NCBI GenBank assembly: GCA_964187785.1 | Contig: OZ076412.1 | Coordinates: 82,398,001-82,462,000, forward strand | Direction of reading: 5' to 3' | Source: Amphiscolops sp. MND2022 | Lineage: Eukaryota | DNA length: 64,000 nucleotides | Shown: piece after piece, positions 11,869-25,004 of the stretch | Numbering within the stretch: position 1 is the stretch's first letter | Layout: each line of letters starts with the position of its first letter | Translations under genes and position numbers: made by a program | The notes under the pieces: generated by a model | What the model was told of the DNA's origin: nothing | Database searches by the model: none | The model's input: only the letters and a program-made list of their open reading frames with translations

Positions 11869-14800
11869 TACAAGTTTTGAGAGGTCTTATGTACAGCCGG
11901 TACAGCAGACGAAATTGTCTCTGTGGGAAATAGCTGATCGAAGAGTAGAAAGTGGTCGCAATTCAGCATACGTTTGTCCGTTGACACGTCCAGTCCTCTG
12001 CAGGTGGACCCGCCAGAGGTTGTGGTCCTTCCATAACCGGATATGCACCAATGAGGAGATTCCCTCCTGTTCAAATTCATCTGTGAATAATCCATCCGCT
12101 AAAATGCTCGTCCCGAAAATGAAGACGATTTGTTAGAAACTGTTACGGGACAACACCAATATAGATCAACGACACATTTTACAACCTAAGATGAGTAGTT
12201 GTTTGCCTTCATCTGACGCGATTAAAAGAAGGACCAACTTGGACATTGGACCTACTTGACTAGAGACAGTAACTGATCGAAAGTCGCTCTTCACTCCAAT
12301 TAATGTCACGAAAGAGAGCAGCCGGGTGGTTGACGATTGTTCCCACATCCTTCCACAAAGCAATGACGGACTGTTGAAATGTTACCAGATTTCGGAAGGA
12401 AAAGCCCCAGTTTTGAAATATGGACTCGAGCTTTATTGAGTGGGAATTAAACGCTTTTAGTCACCTCAGGCCATTGCTTTTTCGTAGGAAGGACGTTTTT
12501 CTCTTATATCTACTAGTTTTGCAGTGATGAATTTGGGCAGTTCTAATTCGAGCTGCTAAGCCTATAGGATTCTACCGTCTTTCTCTCGGACTTGGTATCT
12601 GATCTTCTATGTCAACGGATTTTCTATTTTAACGTGTTCATACCGCCAACGCTGATCTTTCCTGAGATGCCTCTCTGTGGCGTAGTGTCTCAAGATCTCT
12701 TTTGCCCCTGTCGCAAGCAGTGTCTGCCAACAGTGCTCTTGCAAATATGACAATATGTCTTATAGGGATCCCACTTAGTCCATGGGTCCGAGACAAACGT
12801 TCTGTTCCAAGAAATTCCCTCGCGCATGAAACTTTCTTCCTGCATGATTTTTCCCGAACGATGAAAATTTCGTTTTGTACTTTTGGAATCCGTTTTCCGC
12901 TTGTCTTTGGGCGCTTCATGTCTCAACGCAGCTGATGCTGTTAATTTTTTGTTGCCTAAGTCTTCTATTTTGCGAGAGAATTCGCTTTGCAACTCTCGGT
13001 ATCATTGCTACTGGTGGATTGACCTGCTTCGGAACTGGGTATAGCTGCAGTGGGGAAATTATCCTGTCATTGAGGAACAGGGGTAGTATCCATTGCTTCT
13101 GATGGAACGTAGGGTGGTTGGTCACTAATCCATTTGCGCAAAGCGAAAGAAATAAATTCACGCGGGATCACTTCCCTTCTAAAAGTCGATCTTACTGCAT
13201 TTAAAGAACTTTCTGAAGCAAGTTTTCGAGAGTGGTCACACATTTCACGATGGAGGAAGTAAAATAGTCGATGGGAGGTCCTGAGTAAGCTCAAAATTGA
13301 AACGTAAACAATCCTTTGTTGTTTTCCTATATTGGAATAGCAGAATAGCTATTCTAGTTCGAATTTTCTCAAGATCACTTTCTTGGCAATTTTGTTGAAA
13401 ACTATAGGATGTAACTGATTGCAACTTTGAAATTTGAAAGAATGGAAACTATAATAGGAGAGACCTGATGTAGCAGTTCACAAAACTCAGGAAGACTTTG
13501 CAGGGAATATAATTTGCAATTTTCCCTCCAAGATTTCTCGAATTTCCCATTTATGTAAACTTCTTCGCCTCTACACAGTTTGATGATATGCCGTCTCACT
13601 AGTTACTAGGTTCTTGAGGGCCTCTCCAGTTGGAATAGCAGAGATGGTGGTAGTTGTTGTCGGTCACAGAGGAGGACTAAGACCCATACAGTCATATTGA
13701 GGTTCTGGCCTGCTTTTGCGAAATACCGCTCTACAAGTTGCAAACAGTGGCCGGGAGCTTTGTGACCACAGACGTAACGGGTTGTATGGACGATCTTTCA
13801 ATGCCTGAAGGTCTGCATGGCCCAATAACCAAAGAAAGCTCTCTACAACCCAGTGAGCCTTTTGACTTGGTAGTAGGAAACAACTCTTCTCTTAACAACT
13901 TTCAAGCTGTAGAACAACAACCTATCACCAAGTGCAGCTAGCTTGAGTCAGTTCCAGATATCATTCCACAATCACCGCCTACCAATGACATGGATGGGGC
14001 CAAATGTCAATAATCCAACAATCGGTGGTCTGGTATTGGCCCGGGATTGGCTCAAAAATGCACATATCACGGGAGTGGCAGTAGACTCGAACGGTGTCTG
14101 CGGTGACCCGAACCTAGTGTCTCACGGAGATTGCGTGGAAATCATTCGATTCGATAACCAAGGATATTACTTCTAATTTCCTCGCGCAAACCCACCTCGA
14201 TGGAGAATGTTATAACGCCAGCTTGCGACGCAGAAATGCTATTTCAACCTAAAAATCTGGGCGGCTCTTTCATGTTGGTCCCAAGAAGAGTGTCAGGCCC
14301 CACTTGGGGCTGCTTTGAAAGACATTGCGTGCTAGTTGATGGGCTGTCATTATTAGATTTACTTATCACAGCCATCATTAGATCTTTCAGTTGACTAAAC
14401 TCCGATTGGAGTTCACTGATCTTTCGTTTGTAATTCTCTTTCATTTCAGACAGCTGGGAGAAAATGTCGGAGCTTTCATTAGTGTCAGAGTCATTGGAAT
14501 CGGATTCTACCATGACCAAGTTTGCTTTTGCATTTTCTTCAGATGAGGAATCGATTGTTTTGCCGTTTTCTAAGCTTTGTGCCTTGTTCTAAACTCATGC
14601 GAATGGATAAAACAATGACTGAATTATTGAGATGTTTTAGAGATGTATTTTTCTATTTTAAATCAGTTTGCGAATAACTCTAATTCACTGTTTTGAACAG
14701 AGATGTCTTTTCGATGTAGGATTGTAGAAATTCAATATATCCGGTAAATGGCAAACTCTGAAGCGAATCAAGAGGAAGTCATCTAAAGTCCATCGCGATA

Positions 14801-15519
14801 AAACTTGGCTAAAGTTGATCATTCAGTGGAGTTGCGAGGTGCTTTCCTGAGATGAGTTTTGTATGAATTTCTAACTACAATTCAACGTGGATTACCAACT
14901 GTACGGTAGCTGGTCGCAATCTCTCACTGAGTAATCAATATTGCGGCTCAAACTACAGGGGTTCGCGTGTCTTAGCTGGTTGGTAAGACGCAAATCTCTT
15001 ACCAACCTTCTTTCTCATTGCCTGAGCTGGATGGAGCTAATAGGTATGTCACGTGACCAGTGTTGAGAACTGCCGCAGGATGGCTACCTACCATGGTAAA
15101 GCTACATATATGCAAATAGTAGTGAATCATCAAATTTACAGCGTTGTAAATTGCCTGCACAATAACAATGGTTGCTATAAAGATAAGATGGAAATGCGAT
15201 GAATTCTCGGTTATCCCTGTCAAAATTAGCGCAAATCAAACTCGCGATGAAAAAGAGATGGACTTCCCTTCTCACTTGCTATTTCAACACGAATCAAATC
15301 GACGATAAATGAGGGATGTATTTTCCAATAAAACAAGCAAATCCAGCACAATCGCTCTTCCATGATGAATTGAGGATGTACTTTCTCCTTTTCTCTGTCT
15401 CTCTAGTATGCGGTAAATAAACGATGAGTTTCCGTCCGAGAAATGAGAAGCACATTGGGAATTCATGAAGCACAGTCTAGCGGTGAAATTAGGATGATTT
15501 TAGTAAAATTTAAAGTCTC

Positions 15520-15790
15520 ATGAAATCCGCTGATGGATTGGGTGATGAAATTAAGGTAAATGGTCCATTTTCAGCTCACTCGCAAATTTGAGGATGGGTT
15601 TGCGATGAAATTTTGGTTAAAAAAATGCTGATTAAGCTCATTGACAAATCCGCTGATGGATTTTGGATGTATTATTGAAAAACAGAGTCAACTTGAATCC
15701 ACCGCCAAACCCGCTGATGGGTTTGTGATGAACTTTATTGTGAGCTCTAGTTTAGGCGTGAACCGTGGTGAATAATTTAGTGGATGAGGA
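15520..15790. repeat. Degenerate tandem repeat, ~60 bp period, about 5 units
   Basis: AA(T/C)CCGCTGATGG recurs at ~15525, 15648 and 15708. GATGAAATT-type motifs are in phase. Confidence 0.55.
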
Positions 15791-16036
15791 AAAGATGAAG
15801 TTTCCTCTAGTATGGCTGCATAAACTAGTACTGGTATCACTGGGGCTATGAATTGTCACGACTGTCGCTCTGAGGCGGGAGCAGATGGAAGTAACAAGCT
15901 CATCCCCATTCTATCCTTCGGTCAGTCTGACCGGAAAACTTTTCTCCCTTGTCGTGACAACAATGTTCAAAGATTATAGCACTCTATTGCTATGAGCAAG
16001 ATCATTTATGCTGACACCGGAACTAGAGCGCTCAGT

Positions 16037-16236
16037 NNNNNNNNNNNNNNNNNNNNNNNNNNNNNNNNNNNNNNNNNNNNNNNNNNNNNNNNNNNNNNNN
16101 NNNNNNNNNNNNNNNNNNNNNNNNNNNNNNNNNNNNNNNNNNNNNNNNNNNNNNNNNNNNNNNNNNNNNNNNNNNNNNNNNNNNNNNNNNNNNNNNNNNN
16201 NNNNNNNNNNNNNNNNNNNNNNNNNNNNNNNNNNNN
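16037..16236. other. Assembly gap (200 N)
   Basis: Run of exactly 200 N, typical of a fixed-size scaffolding gap. Confidence 1.
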
Positions 16237-18429
16237 CAAGTAACGTAGGGTTGCTCACAACCATAGCACTTATTATATGACTTCATATTGCCCATATCTA
16301 AGTACATAAGACATAGTATTTACATTACAGATATTTAGTAGATTATATTTCCATCATGCTGGCATGACAGAGAGTGTCGCAAGCAATCGGTATCAAATGT
16401 CTCTCGACAAAAATAGCAATTTTCGATGCCACCAGGAGTTCTACCTCTATGATTGTATTGACGGTCTGTCCATTTGGATACAAACACTTCTATAATTAAA
16501 CCTACTCAACTCATAAATCCAGGATTTTGTACGCATTCAGTTTGATTTTGTTACTTGAATGAAATTATAAATCAACTCTCAGTAATGTTTTGCTGAATGA
16601 GAATGCTGTTGAAGAATAAATTGAACAAAAATTCGTCGTATTCGAGTCTGTCTTGAGGAAAAACAAAAAAGAGTGACTGTAATAGTCAGTCTCTTTTATT
16701 ATATAAAATGCCGACTAAAAGTAAAGTGTTGAAAACAAATATCAAGTTATGAAGATTTATTTAGAGTGCAACAAACACTTTTCAGCTTATCTCATAGCTT
16801 CGAGGGCTGCAAAATCGGTAATGTAATCGATTAATAGTCAGCGCAGTATCCAGCCCAAACTACTTGGGTAGTTTACCATCGTACTTGAAATTCTCGATGC
16901 GTTTTGATTTAAATTTTTGGCATGCATGTAATGGTGTGTCTTCTAAGGAAGGCAAATTAAAGAAATTATGTGGTGTGTGATGAAACTGATCACAATTATT
17001 TTTGGTCCTATTTTATCCAGCTTTTTGGAAAGATCCAGCATTTTCGTGTCTCTCTTGGCTGTCGTCGCGCTCCGGCCGTTTTCAATGACACCACCGAACA
17101 CTTGAAATGGCGTTAATAATTCATAACTGGAGTTGATAGTGTTAGTTTATAACTCATCCATAATCATATGTAATAGTTATTATAATTTATCTATCCATTC
17201 ATGGAAGGAAATGTGGAAGTATCAAGGATGCTTAACAATCAAGGATGGATAACAATTTATACACTTCAAATAAATGTGCGGCTTTTCATCAATGATAATG
17301 ACTTTTGAGTATCAACAAGAAACACTGAAAATAAATTCAAATCAAAGTCATTGCCATGAATTTTTCAGTTTCCAAGCGTTCACGCTAAACAGTATGTTTG
17401 ATATGTAACGTTAAGCTAGCAGCGTACATCTTGGAGCCAGGACAATGCCTTGGTTGCCTTGCCAGGAGTTGGTCATACTACAACCCTAGACACCAGGTTT
17501 TCCCGAAAACGGTCTCCTAAGGGGATTTTCCAACGTTAAGGAAGGAGGCTCCTGATTTAGTCCTTTTTCTAAGAGACTCAAAGTCAGGACACGTCCCACA
17601 AGCACGTAAAAACAATTCCTAAGGTTCCTGCGATTCCTACAAAGACTCCCTATGCCCAAAAAGGGTAGTTAGGTAAAGTACATTCTATTGAGGCTAATTG
17701 ATCCGACTAATTACCAGATCCGACATCATAGTATTTCTGTAATACAACATCAATAACTCACGGAATCAATCAATAGAAGCATTTTCAGCACTTTCATAAA
17801 GTTTTGGGTCTGCGGAATAGTCCATGGATAGGTTGCACCTTTCTTCCGGGCTTCGGGGTTGTCCGCATCTCTCCCAAAATCTCGGCTGGGGCCTTCTGGA
17901 TTAGATGGCACAACACTGGGAACAACACCGTCAATATCTTCTAGCTTTTTCAGTGTTTTCTCGGTGTGTGATTTCGTCATACACCGTCTTCTCAACTGAT
18001 TTCTGGTACCTGCTTTGTTGAGCATGTCATACTTCGAATTTTTCAAAATTTCGAACAGGTTCACCAAACAATTCCGCTTGCTCAACTGCCTGTAAGTGGC
18101 TCAGAGCTAAGTGTTTTGAACATGCGAATGAACAATGTTGAGAAAATTTGTAACCCCTATATTTTGTATTTTGGAAAAATTTTCAGAACTTTTTTGCGGA
18201 TAAAGTCCCAAAGTGCCGAAAAGTCCAAAAGAAAACCATTTAAGTTCGTAAACACTTTTTCCAAGTCAAAAACGTTTTGAAAGGTGGAGGTGTATTTGAC
18301 AAAATAAATTGTTTTTCATTTTAAAAAATCGCATTGCGCTGAAAAGATTCAATGGTCGAAAAACTGGAGGGCGCTTTTGCCTCAAAAATTCAGAGGAAAA
18401 GTTGCACACTTCCTAAGAAAACTCCAAAG

Positions 18430-18688
18430 AGCTTGACTTGGTGCTCGTAGGCATTTTTTGTAGAGTCTGTCTGTTGTAATCAAGTTTTTTTCGGCATTGT
18501 GGGACTTTTTCCAAAAAAATCCTTTAGTAGAGATAAAAGGCAACCAGTCATCAATAAAAGGCCTCTTTCACCGATGGTTGCCTTTCATCTCTACTAAAGG
18601 AATTTCTTTGAAAAAAGTCCCACAATGCCGAAAAAATTTGATTACAATAGATAGACTACAAAAATGCCTACGAGCACTAAGTCAAGCT
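18430..18688. repeat. Long fold-back: ~115 bp arms, 28 bp spacer
   Basis: AGCTTGACTT(G/A)GTGCTCGTAGGCATTTTT...AAAGGCAACCA at 18430-18546 is inverted at 18575-18688. The arms contain the HINE-A internal motif CGGCATTGTGGGAC. Confidence 0.9.
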
Positions 18689-19180
18689 GATTTTGGAGCT
18701 TATTCAAGCAAACTACAGTTATTTAGATCTTGTTCCACCAAAATGGTGTCTGCAGATTTTGTTCCACCAAATTAGTATATTTTACTTTTTTCATCAAATT
18801 ACTTGATTTTAGACAGGTATGCCAAAAAACAGGTGAGGAATCACGTGTAATTTGTGGAATAAAATGTAAATCTACACTTGTCTGATTTTAGTTCTTATAT
18901 GTAGTGATTTTAGGTTTTTTCCACTAGGAGGTTCCAGTGAATTCATGTCTTAATCCGCTGTTAGATTAGGCTTTCCAGACAATCAAAGAGCAACCGAGGA
19001 AAAACTTACTGAAAAAAATGAAATTATTTTGGTCGAATATTCAATTTGAAACCACGGAAATTTTCTAGAATCACTGAAAAAGCCGAGCACAAAAAATCTG
19101 AAATATTTCAACTTGTAATTTTGACTTGTAGTGTCTCCATTTTCAGCAAACGGAAATTGTTTCAGATCTTGGTTGACTTG

Positions 19181-19367
19181 TGTTGAATATCATAAGTAGG
19201 GTAAAAGATCCAGGGAATGCAATACTGTATTGTAGTTGAATGCGTTCGAATGTGTTAACATAGAATACTACAATAGCGCCAGCATTGTGACAGGTACATT
19301 GCGTAACAATAAATGGTCATATAGTTATCGACTTTTTGACCTTGAACTGATATACGCTCATTCCACA
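19181..19367 (-). repeat. 3' LTR of Gypsy element
   Basis: TGTTGAATAT...TTCCACA; aligns with 24441-24624. Confidence 0.9.
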
Positions 19368-19383
19368 TTCCCCCCACCCTTTC
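19368..19383 (-). promoter_or_regulatory. Polypurine tract
   Basis: Minus strand GAAAGGGTGGGGGGAA abuts the 3' LTR. Confidence 0.85.
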
Positions 19384-19499
19384 GGGCCAATTGTACACTT
19401 CAATGTACACAAGTTAAAGTCGTGTACAGTTTGCTGTAATAATAAGTGAGTAAATAAACAATACGAGTGTACATTGTTTTTTAAACTTAGATAAATAGC

Positions 19500-22400
19500 T
19501 ACTGCATTGTTGAATGCCTGGTGATTTTGGTGAGCGGCTCTGGGGATAGGCTTTGGTCTGCCCATTGACCTATTGGCGTTGGTGGGGTAAAGTCAAACCT
19601 CTCGTCCATCTGTTCGAGTGATGTATTTCTAGTTGGCATACTATCTCGTCTTTCTTCTGTCTCTGTCTTAAACTCTTCTTCTTCATCTTCTTCTGTATCC
19701 AGTGATGGTAGGGACATTTGAATGATTTTCCCATCCATTCTCTTCTTGTTTTCTCCCCGACGTGAAAGAGGGTTCTGAAATGAGTTTCGGAACGGTTTTT
19801 TATTGGAAATTTTTATTTGTTTCCGTAGTTATAGTAGGTTTTGGTCCAGCTACCACTGTTTGTTCTTTTGTTTGGTATTCACTCTCGCATTTGTTTTTAT
19901 TTTGTCTTTTTTATAGGAATTTGTATGGCAATTGGTTACTAACGTCACATTTCACTCGTCTTGGCGTCTTCATTATTAGTTGATCGTATACTCCTTTTAC
20001 ATTATTGAAGGAGTAGACCTGTAGAGTTTCCGGTTGAGCCGAAACATACTTGTAATTATCGCTCGGTACGTTTAAGTAGCTAATTAGTTCCGTTCGTGGC
20101 TTTCTGTCGTAGTGTCATTCGAACGGTGTTTCTTTATTTTTGGAATGGACGGTCGTTCGCATTACCATTAATGAACGGTGTAATGCTTCGTTCAGATTAC
20201 AATTGCGCTCCAGGTTTGTTCTCATCGAGTCCTTTAGAGTTTTTATCCCTCGTTCTACTACCCCGTTGGCTGCATGAATATGTGTCGTACCATATACCAG
20301 TTCTGTGTGTAAAGTTGTACACATTTGTCTGAACTCCTTCCCAGTAAAGGCGGTTCCTTCATATGTTCTTATCGTTTGTGGGACTCTGTTTAGGCATATA
20401 TTTCGTTCTAGAATAATTTTCGTGTTTTACTGGTGGGGGCTTCGCAGATGCATGCTGCCGGCCATCTACTATAACGGTCGATTGATATTAGTATGTAAAA
20501 TCTCCGGTGCTTAATTCTCATTGGTCCAATGAAATCCAATCGGATTTCTTGGTTTGGGTTTTCTATCGGAGGTAAGTAATAAATTTAGGGTCATTGGTAA
20601 TTGTGTCCTAATGCTGTTACCTGAATCTCTGCAGGGAATGCATTCGTTGCTTTTTGTTTGTATATCTTTGATCAGCTTCGGCCACCAGAAAGGTCGGACT
20701 GCGTGGTCCATCTTATTTTTTGCTGGGTGCCCCGTATGTAGTAGCATGATCATAGCTTGCGTGACGGTTTTTTACACCTCAATTTTGTCGTCGTAGAATA
20801 CAACTCCGAACCTCGTTGACAGGTTTTTCGTGGTCTTAATATTCGTCAGGTATTTGTTCTAAGTTTTGCCATTCTAGGCGTACCAGTAATTTCATCAGCT
20901 CATCATCTTTGGTGGTTTCGTCGGAGCTTGTTCTCTGTTCAGTGGAAAAATTCTGCTCCACCCACTGTTTCTGCCTCACTGTTTCCTCCACGTCCCATTG
21001 CTTGGAGTTGCAGTTCACACCTGAATGTATCTCACACTGGTCGCTCCGAGATACCTTGTGAAATTTATCGCCGGTACTGCAATGGTCCGATCCGAGTCGG
21101 ATGACATCGTCTCCGTTTCGTCTTATTCCGTTTCTAGTTCCTGATTTCTTTTCAGTGATTGTTGTTGGTACTGCTGGTTCCCGTCTCGTCTCTCTTTGGC
21201 ATGTTTAGGATTTTTTCGAAACCTCTATGGAATTCTCTTTTTCTGTCTGCATCCTTCTGAGTTTCCCTGCTGTTGTTTCCCATTCTCTGCCAGGTGATTT
21301 AGTTTCTTTTCTGCCATAGTTCTACCTCGATTCGTTTTCTGCTCGCAACGCCTTAATCGGTAATCGCTTGGCTTCGTAATATCTTTCCATCGTCTAGTAA
21401 GTCGTAAAGTGTCTCCAGAGCGGTCATCTTCGTCGGTGCTTTCTATCATTTTGACGTCCATTTTGTTTATGGTTGAATTTGCTTTCAAAATTTGTTTCAC
21501 TTAATGCTGTAATCTGCGAAGTTTGTAAAGGCTTATGTTTCTTCTGTTGATTATTACTGAATGGCTGTTGTTTCACGCTTGTTGTTTGTGATTGGTTGTT
21601 TAGCTGCTGTGCTGTTGTTTCGTCCGTTTGTGATGCCGCTCTTTTCATTGGTGATACTGCGGTGAGTCTTATTGAACTCCAGTAAGGGTATTACGCAATT
21701 GATTACGTATTCTTCGGTCGTAATTTTCACTCGGTTCCGGTTTTGTTTCTGGATTTCTGCTCAGATAATCCGTCAAAATTAAATGCTTTCCGGCAGTGTG
21801 CTTCAATTTTCTATCGAAGGGTGCCAGCCTATCTAACCATCTTGTTAGTCTTGCACTGTATGTTTTCTTTGGTCTATTTTTTAATTAGTGGCTCCAGTGC
21901 TTGATGATCGGTCAGTAATTCGAATGGCTTTTCCGATATGTAAAACGAAAATCTTCCAGTCCCCATACTACAACTAGTAATTCTAGTTCGTTTATTGCAT
22001 ACTTTTTCTCAGTATCCGATAAGAATCTGCTCGCGAAACCAATCGTTTCTAAAGGTCCATCCTTCTATTTTTTTTCCAAAGTGTTGCACCAGACCTTTCG
22101 TACTGGCGTCTGAAATTAAGGTGTTCTCGCTATTTGAATTGTAATGTGCTAGGCATGGTAGTTGCGTTATTAGATTTTTCAAGTTGTTGAACGCCTCCGT
22201 GTCTTCTTTTGTCCAAATCCATTCGTTTTGTTTTTAAGTAATTTTCTGAGTGTGTCTGTTTTTGCAGAAAGGTTTTCGATATACTTTGATAGGTATTGGA
22301 TTGCTCCCTGGAAAGTTTTCAAATTTTCTTCATTCTTTGGTATATTTATTTTTGTTATCGCTTCCAATGTGTCTTGTGATAGTTGGATCCCAGTTTGGTC

Positions 22401-24400
22401 TCTCGGCGTTCTACCCATTCTGCTTCTTTTCTGAAGAAATCGAATTTCTTTGGGTGTAGTCTGTATCCGACGTCTACTTTCCTTATTGTTTCTTTTATCT
22501 TCTCTTCGTGTTTTTCATTGGTTCCTTTGGTCACAATTATAATGTCGTCAAAGCGGTGTATTTTAATTCTGGTGTTTTGTCAATCCATTCCTGAAAAATA
22601 GTTGGTATGTCCGCCAGTCCGTAAAATCCTTTCAACAAATGGTAGCATCCAGTGAAAATTCTCTTCCAAAAACGGTAAAGATGCAAAGGTTTTTCGTTGC
22701 TTCATCCAGTGTGAGTTGGCCGTGAGCGTAATCGAAATCTAGTTTCGTATCCAAACATCGCCGTCTTTTCCTCCCTATATCTGGCACAGAATTCTTGATA
22801 TTAATTCCTCCATTTTTTGGTATCTGGGCGTTTCGTTGTACTGTTGCTTCGTTTGGATTTCTTGAATCTAGGGCAAGTTTACCGATTTATCTTTCTTCAC
22901 CGTAAAGACTGCGGGGCTCAGGAAACAGTCCTCGGGTATTTCAGTTGCTTTTTCCAAATAGCCATTTTTTATTAGTCGTCTGATTTCGTCTGCTACTTGG
23001 TCTGAAGGTGTTTCGGTATTGGTCTGCCTTTCTTTTGTATTATGCTTGCGTCTTTTTTTTTCAAATTCATTTTAACCGATTTTTTACCTTGGTGTCGTTG
23101 TAAATAAGTCCTTGAGTTCGTTCTTCAGTTATAGGCTTTTCTTCTCGGTATCATCCACTTTATATTTTGTGTTTCAAAGCTGTCCGTTGTTGGGTTAAGT
23201 GCGATTCTGAGCCGTTTCAACCAATACAACCACATTACCGGTGTTATATTTGCTATGGTAGTTAGCAGTGGTAGTTGAAGTGTTGTGTTATTTGTGTTCA
23301 CCGTTGCTCTTGTTTGTCCCTGAAATTCGATTTTGTTTGTTGTCGTTTACATCTTTGTAACTGTTATTTAGTCACATCTGAAAGATCATTGACAAGGCGT
23401 TGAGGTAAAAAAGTAACTGGTGATTAGCTGTCTTTTATAAGTTTCATTGGTACAATATTGACTAATAGTAGTCTCCTTTCTTCTTGTTGTTATTGTTTAT
23501 GCTTTGTATTTTGTTGTAATCCCAGTTATCTTCATCGGGCGATGATGATGCTTTGTCAACGTGTTGAATCTTTTTTGGACGTCTGCTCATTTTTTCGTGG
23601 TGCCATTCCTTTCTGCATTTGCGGCACTGTGTCGTTCTAGCTGGACATACGTGTTGTCTTGACCAGTTTGGTGTCAACGTTGTCCACAACGAATATCTTC
23701 GTACTTTTGTCTTTGATACTCCGGGCGTTTTTTGTTTCTTTGGTATCCAGACTTATCTGACCAGTTTCTCTTTTGTGAGCATTCTTGTACGTGTATTAGA
23801 TCGGTGATTGTTTCAATGGTCATGTTGCTCTTCCGTATTTTTTCTTTAGTTCATTATACTCCTTTGATCTTCCGATCAGTGATAAGAACTTCGATGCAAT
23901 AAGCTCGGCTGATGTAACATTATCAAATTCACAATTTTCCCCGGTTGTTTTGTTCTAGTCCAGACATCTTCGGACGTTTCGTTCGGTTCTCGCCGCATTC
24001 CAAAAAAATCTGCCCGACTGTGGAACTTGTTTCTTTTTGGCATAAAATGGAGGCGGAATAGAGAATATAGCTGGTGGATATTCGTTTTGTTCGGGTCGTT
24101 TTCTCTCACCGTTTTCGTCATTTCGGTTACTACTTCTCCTAAAGCTCAGTTAAAGATGTCTTTTAGTTTTATCTCCAGTTCTTCTCTGTGTTCTTCTAGA
24201 ATTACCTTGCCCATTGTCATCATGTTGAAATCGACTTTCTGTGTCATCGTGACATATTATATAAATCGTCCCTACCATAAGTTTACCTCTTGGATGGTTT
24301 TGCTCTCGAATATTGGCAATTTTATCTTCTGATGTGATATTGTTCTTCTCTTCTTGTCTCCGGATTCCTCACTTGAAGAAGTTCTACTTGTTGTTTCTGC
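19500..24400 (-). pseudogene. gag-pol: Gypsy gag-pol relic
   Basis: gag LYSLFRLHFMPKRNKFHSRADFF; knuckle CPARTTQCRKC..HHEKM; RT DDIIIVTKG; FQGAIQYLSKYIENLS; integrase HTGH..FWWP..CIPC and ANGVVERGIKTLKD. Confidence 0.9.
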
Positions 24401-24422
24401 TAAATTAATTTCGTTCTTTTAA

Positions 24423-24440
24423 CTCATTCGGACTGCGCCA
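24423..24440 (-). promoter_or_regulatory. Primer binding site (tRNA-Ser-like)
   Basis: TGGCGCAGTC directly follows the 5' LTR on the minus strand. This is the same start as the tRNA-Ser PBS of 17.6/297-type elements. Confidence 0.7.
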
Positions 24441-24624
24441 TGTTGAATATCATAAGTAAGGTAAATGATTCAGGGAATGCAATACTGTTTTGAAGTTGAA
24501 TGCATTCTAATGTGGTAACATATAGAATACTGCAATAGCGCCAACATTGTGGCAGGTACATTGCGTAACATGCGCAAGTTTACATGACGTTTTGAGCTTG
24601 AACTGATTTACGCCACATTCCAAA
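24441..24624 (-). repeat. 5' LTR of Gypsy element
   Basis: Collinear with 19181-19367, with visible divergence. Confidence 0.88.
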
Positions 24625-24673
24625 ACTTATGTTACACATCGCTGTGGCTTTTCAAACATTTTGTTCAATAGTG

Positions 24674-25004
24674 TTTAGTCGGCGCTTTTTCCTTTTAAGG
24701 AAAAACGCCGGACTTCAAAGTTACCTTTTTTCCTTCAGATGATAGTACTCACACTGATCGGTCCACTTTTTATACAGGAACTTCTAAAACTACTCAGACT
24801 CAGGCCATGACCGGCCAAGGCAAACTTAGTGCTGAGGGCCCCTCTTTCTTTTTTTACTTCCTAAAAGTAAGCTACAAAACCGGACGAGACTAATCGGTTC
24901 CGTTGTTGATTTTTTTTGGCACTGTGCGACGTTTTCAAAACTTTCTTAATGTCTCAAAAGGGTCCCCTTTCGTGTTTTTTGATGTTTCGCAACTGAATGT
25001 ATGT
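24674..25004 (+). mobile_element. HINE-A copy, 5' part, split by the BEL/Pao insertion
   Basis: Starts TTTAGTCGGCGC (5' subTIR). The internal consensus ...GAATGGATGT|TGAAAAATCCC is continued by TATGT|TAATAAATCTC after 31503. Confidence 0.7.

Larger units (their letters stand above)
9743..14519 (-). pseudogene. X1 gene: large protein with coiled N-terminus and BED/TTF-like zinc finger (C-x2-C ... H-x5-H)
   Basis: Frame-shifted pieces include MVESDSNDSD.., YKTYCHICK..GAKEILRHYATERHLRKDQRWRYEH (12640-12770), LWKDVGTIVNH..INWSEERLS and GLFTDEFEQEG..IRLW. Removing the Tc1 plus one TA restores the in-frame junction DLSKLVDKSSFF. Confidence 0.65.
9701..15008 (-). mobile_element. Unclassified element X1 (putative hAT-like DNA transposon), interrupted by Tc1
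   Basis: The Gypsy integrase frame stops abruptly at 9700, where TAGGTCGGCTAG begins. There is weak inverted similarity to (A/T)AGGTTGGTAAG at ~15008. Encloses a long decayed minus-strand ORF. No TSD found; boundaries are approximate. Confidence 0.4.
19181..24624 (-). mobile_element. Gypsy LTR retrotransposon, two LTRs, decayed
   Basis: LTRs at 19181-19367 and 24441-24624. Flanks ACTTG / ACTTA (4/5 TSD match). PBS and PPT present. Domain order gag-PR-RT-RH-IN. Confidence 0.93.

Noticed and set aside
15974-16307. ORFs spanning the gap
   Set aside because: Artefacts of translating Ns.
16900-17300. Possible 7TM receptor remnant
   Set aside because: Only hydrophobic patches in broken frames; no convincing DRY/NPxxY equivalents.
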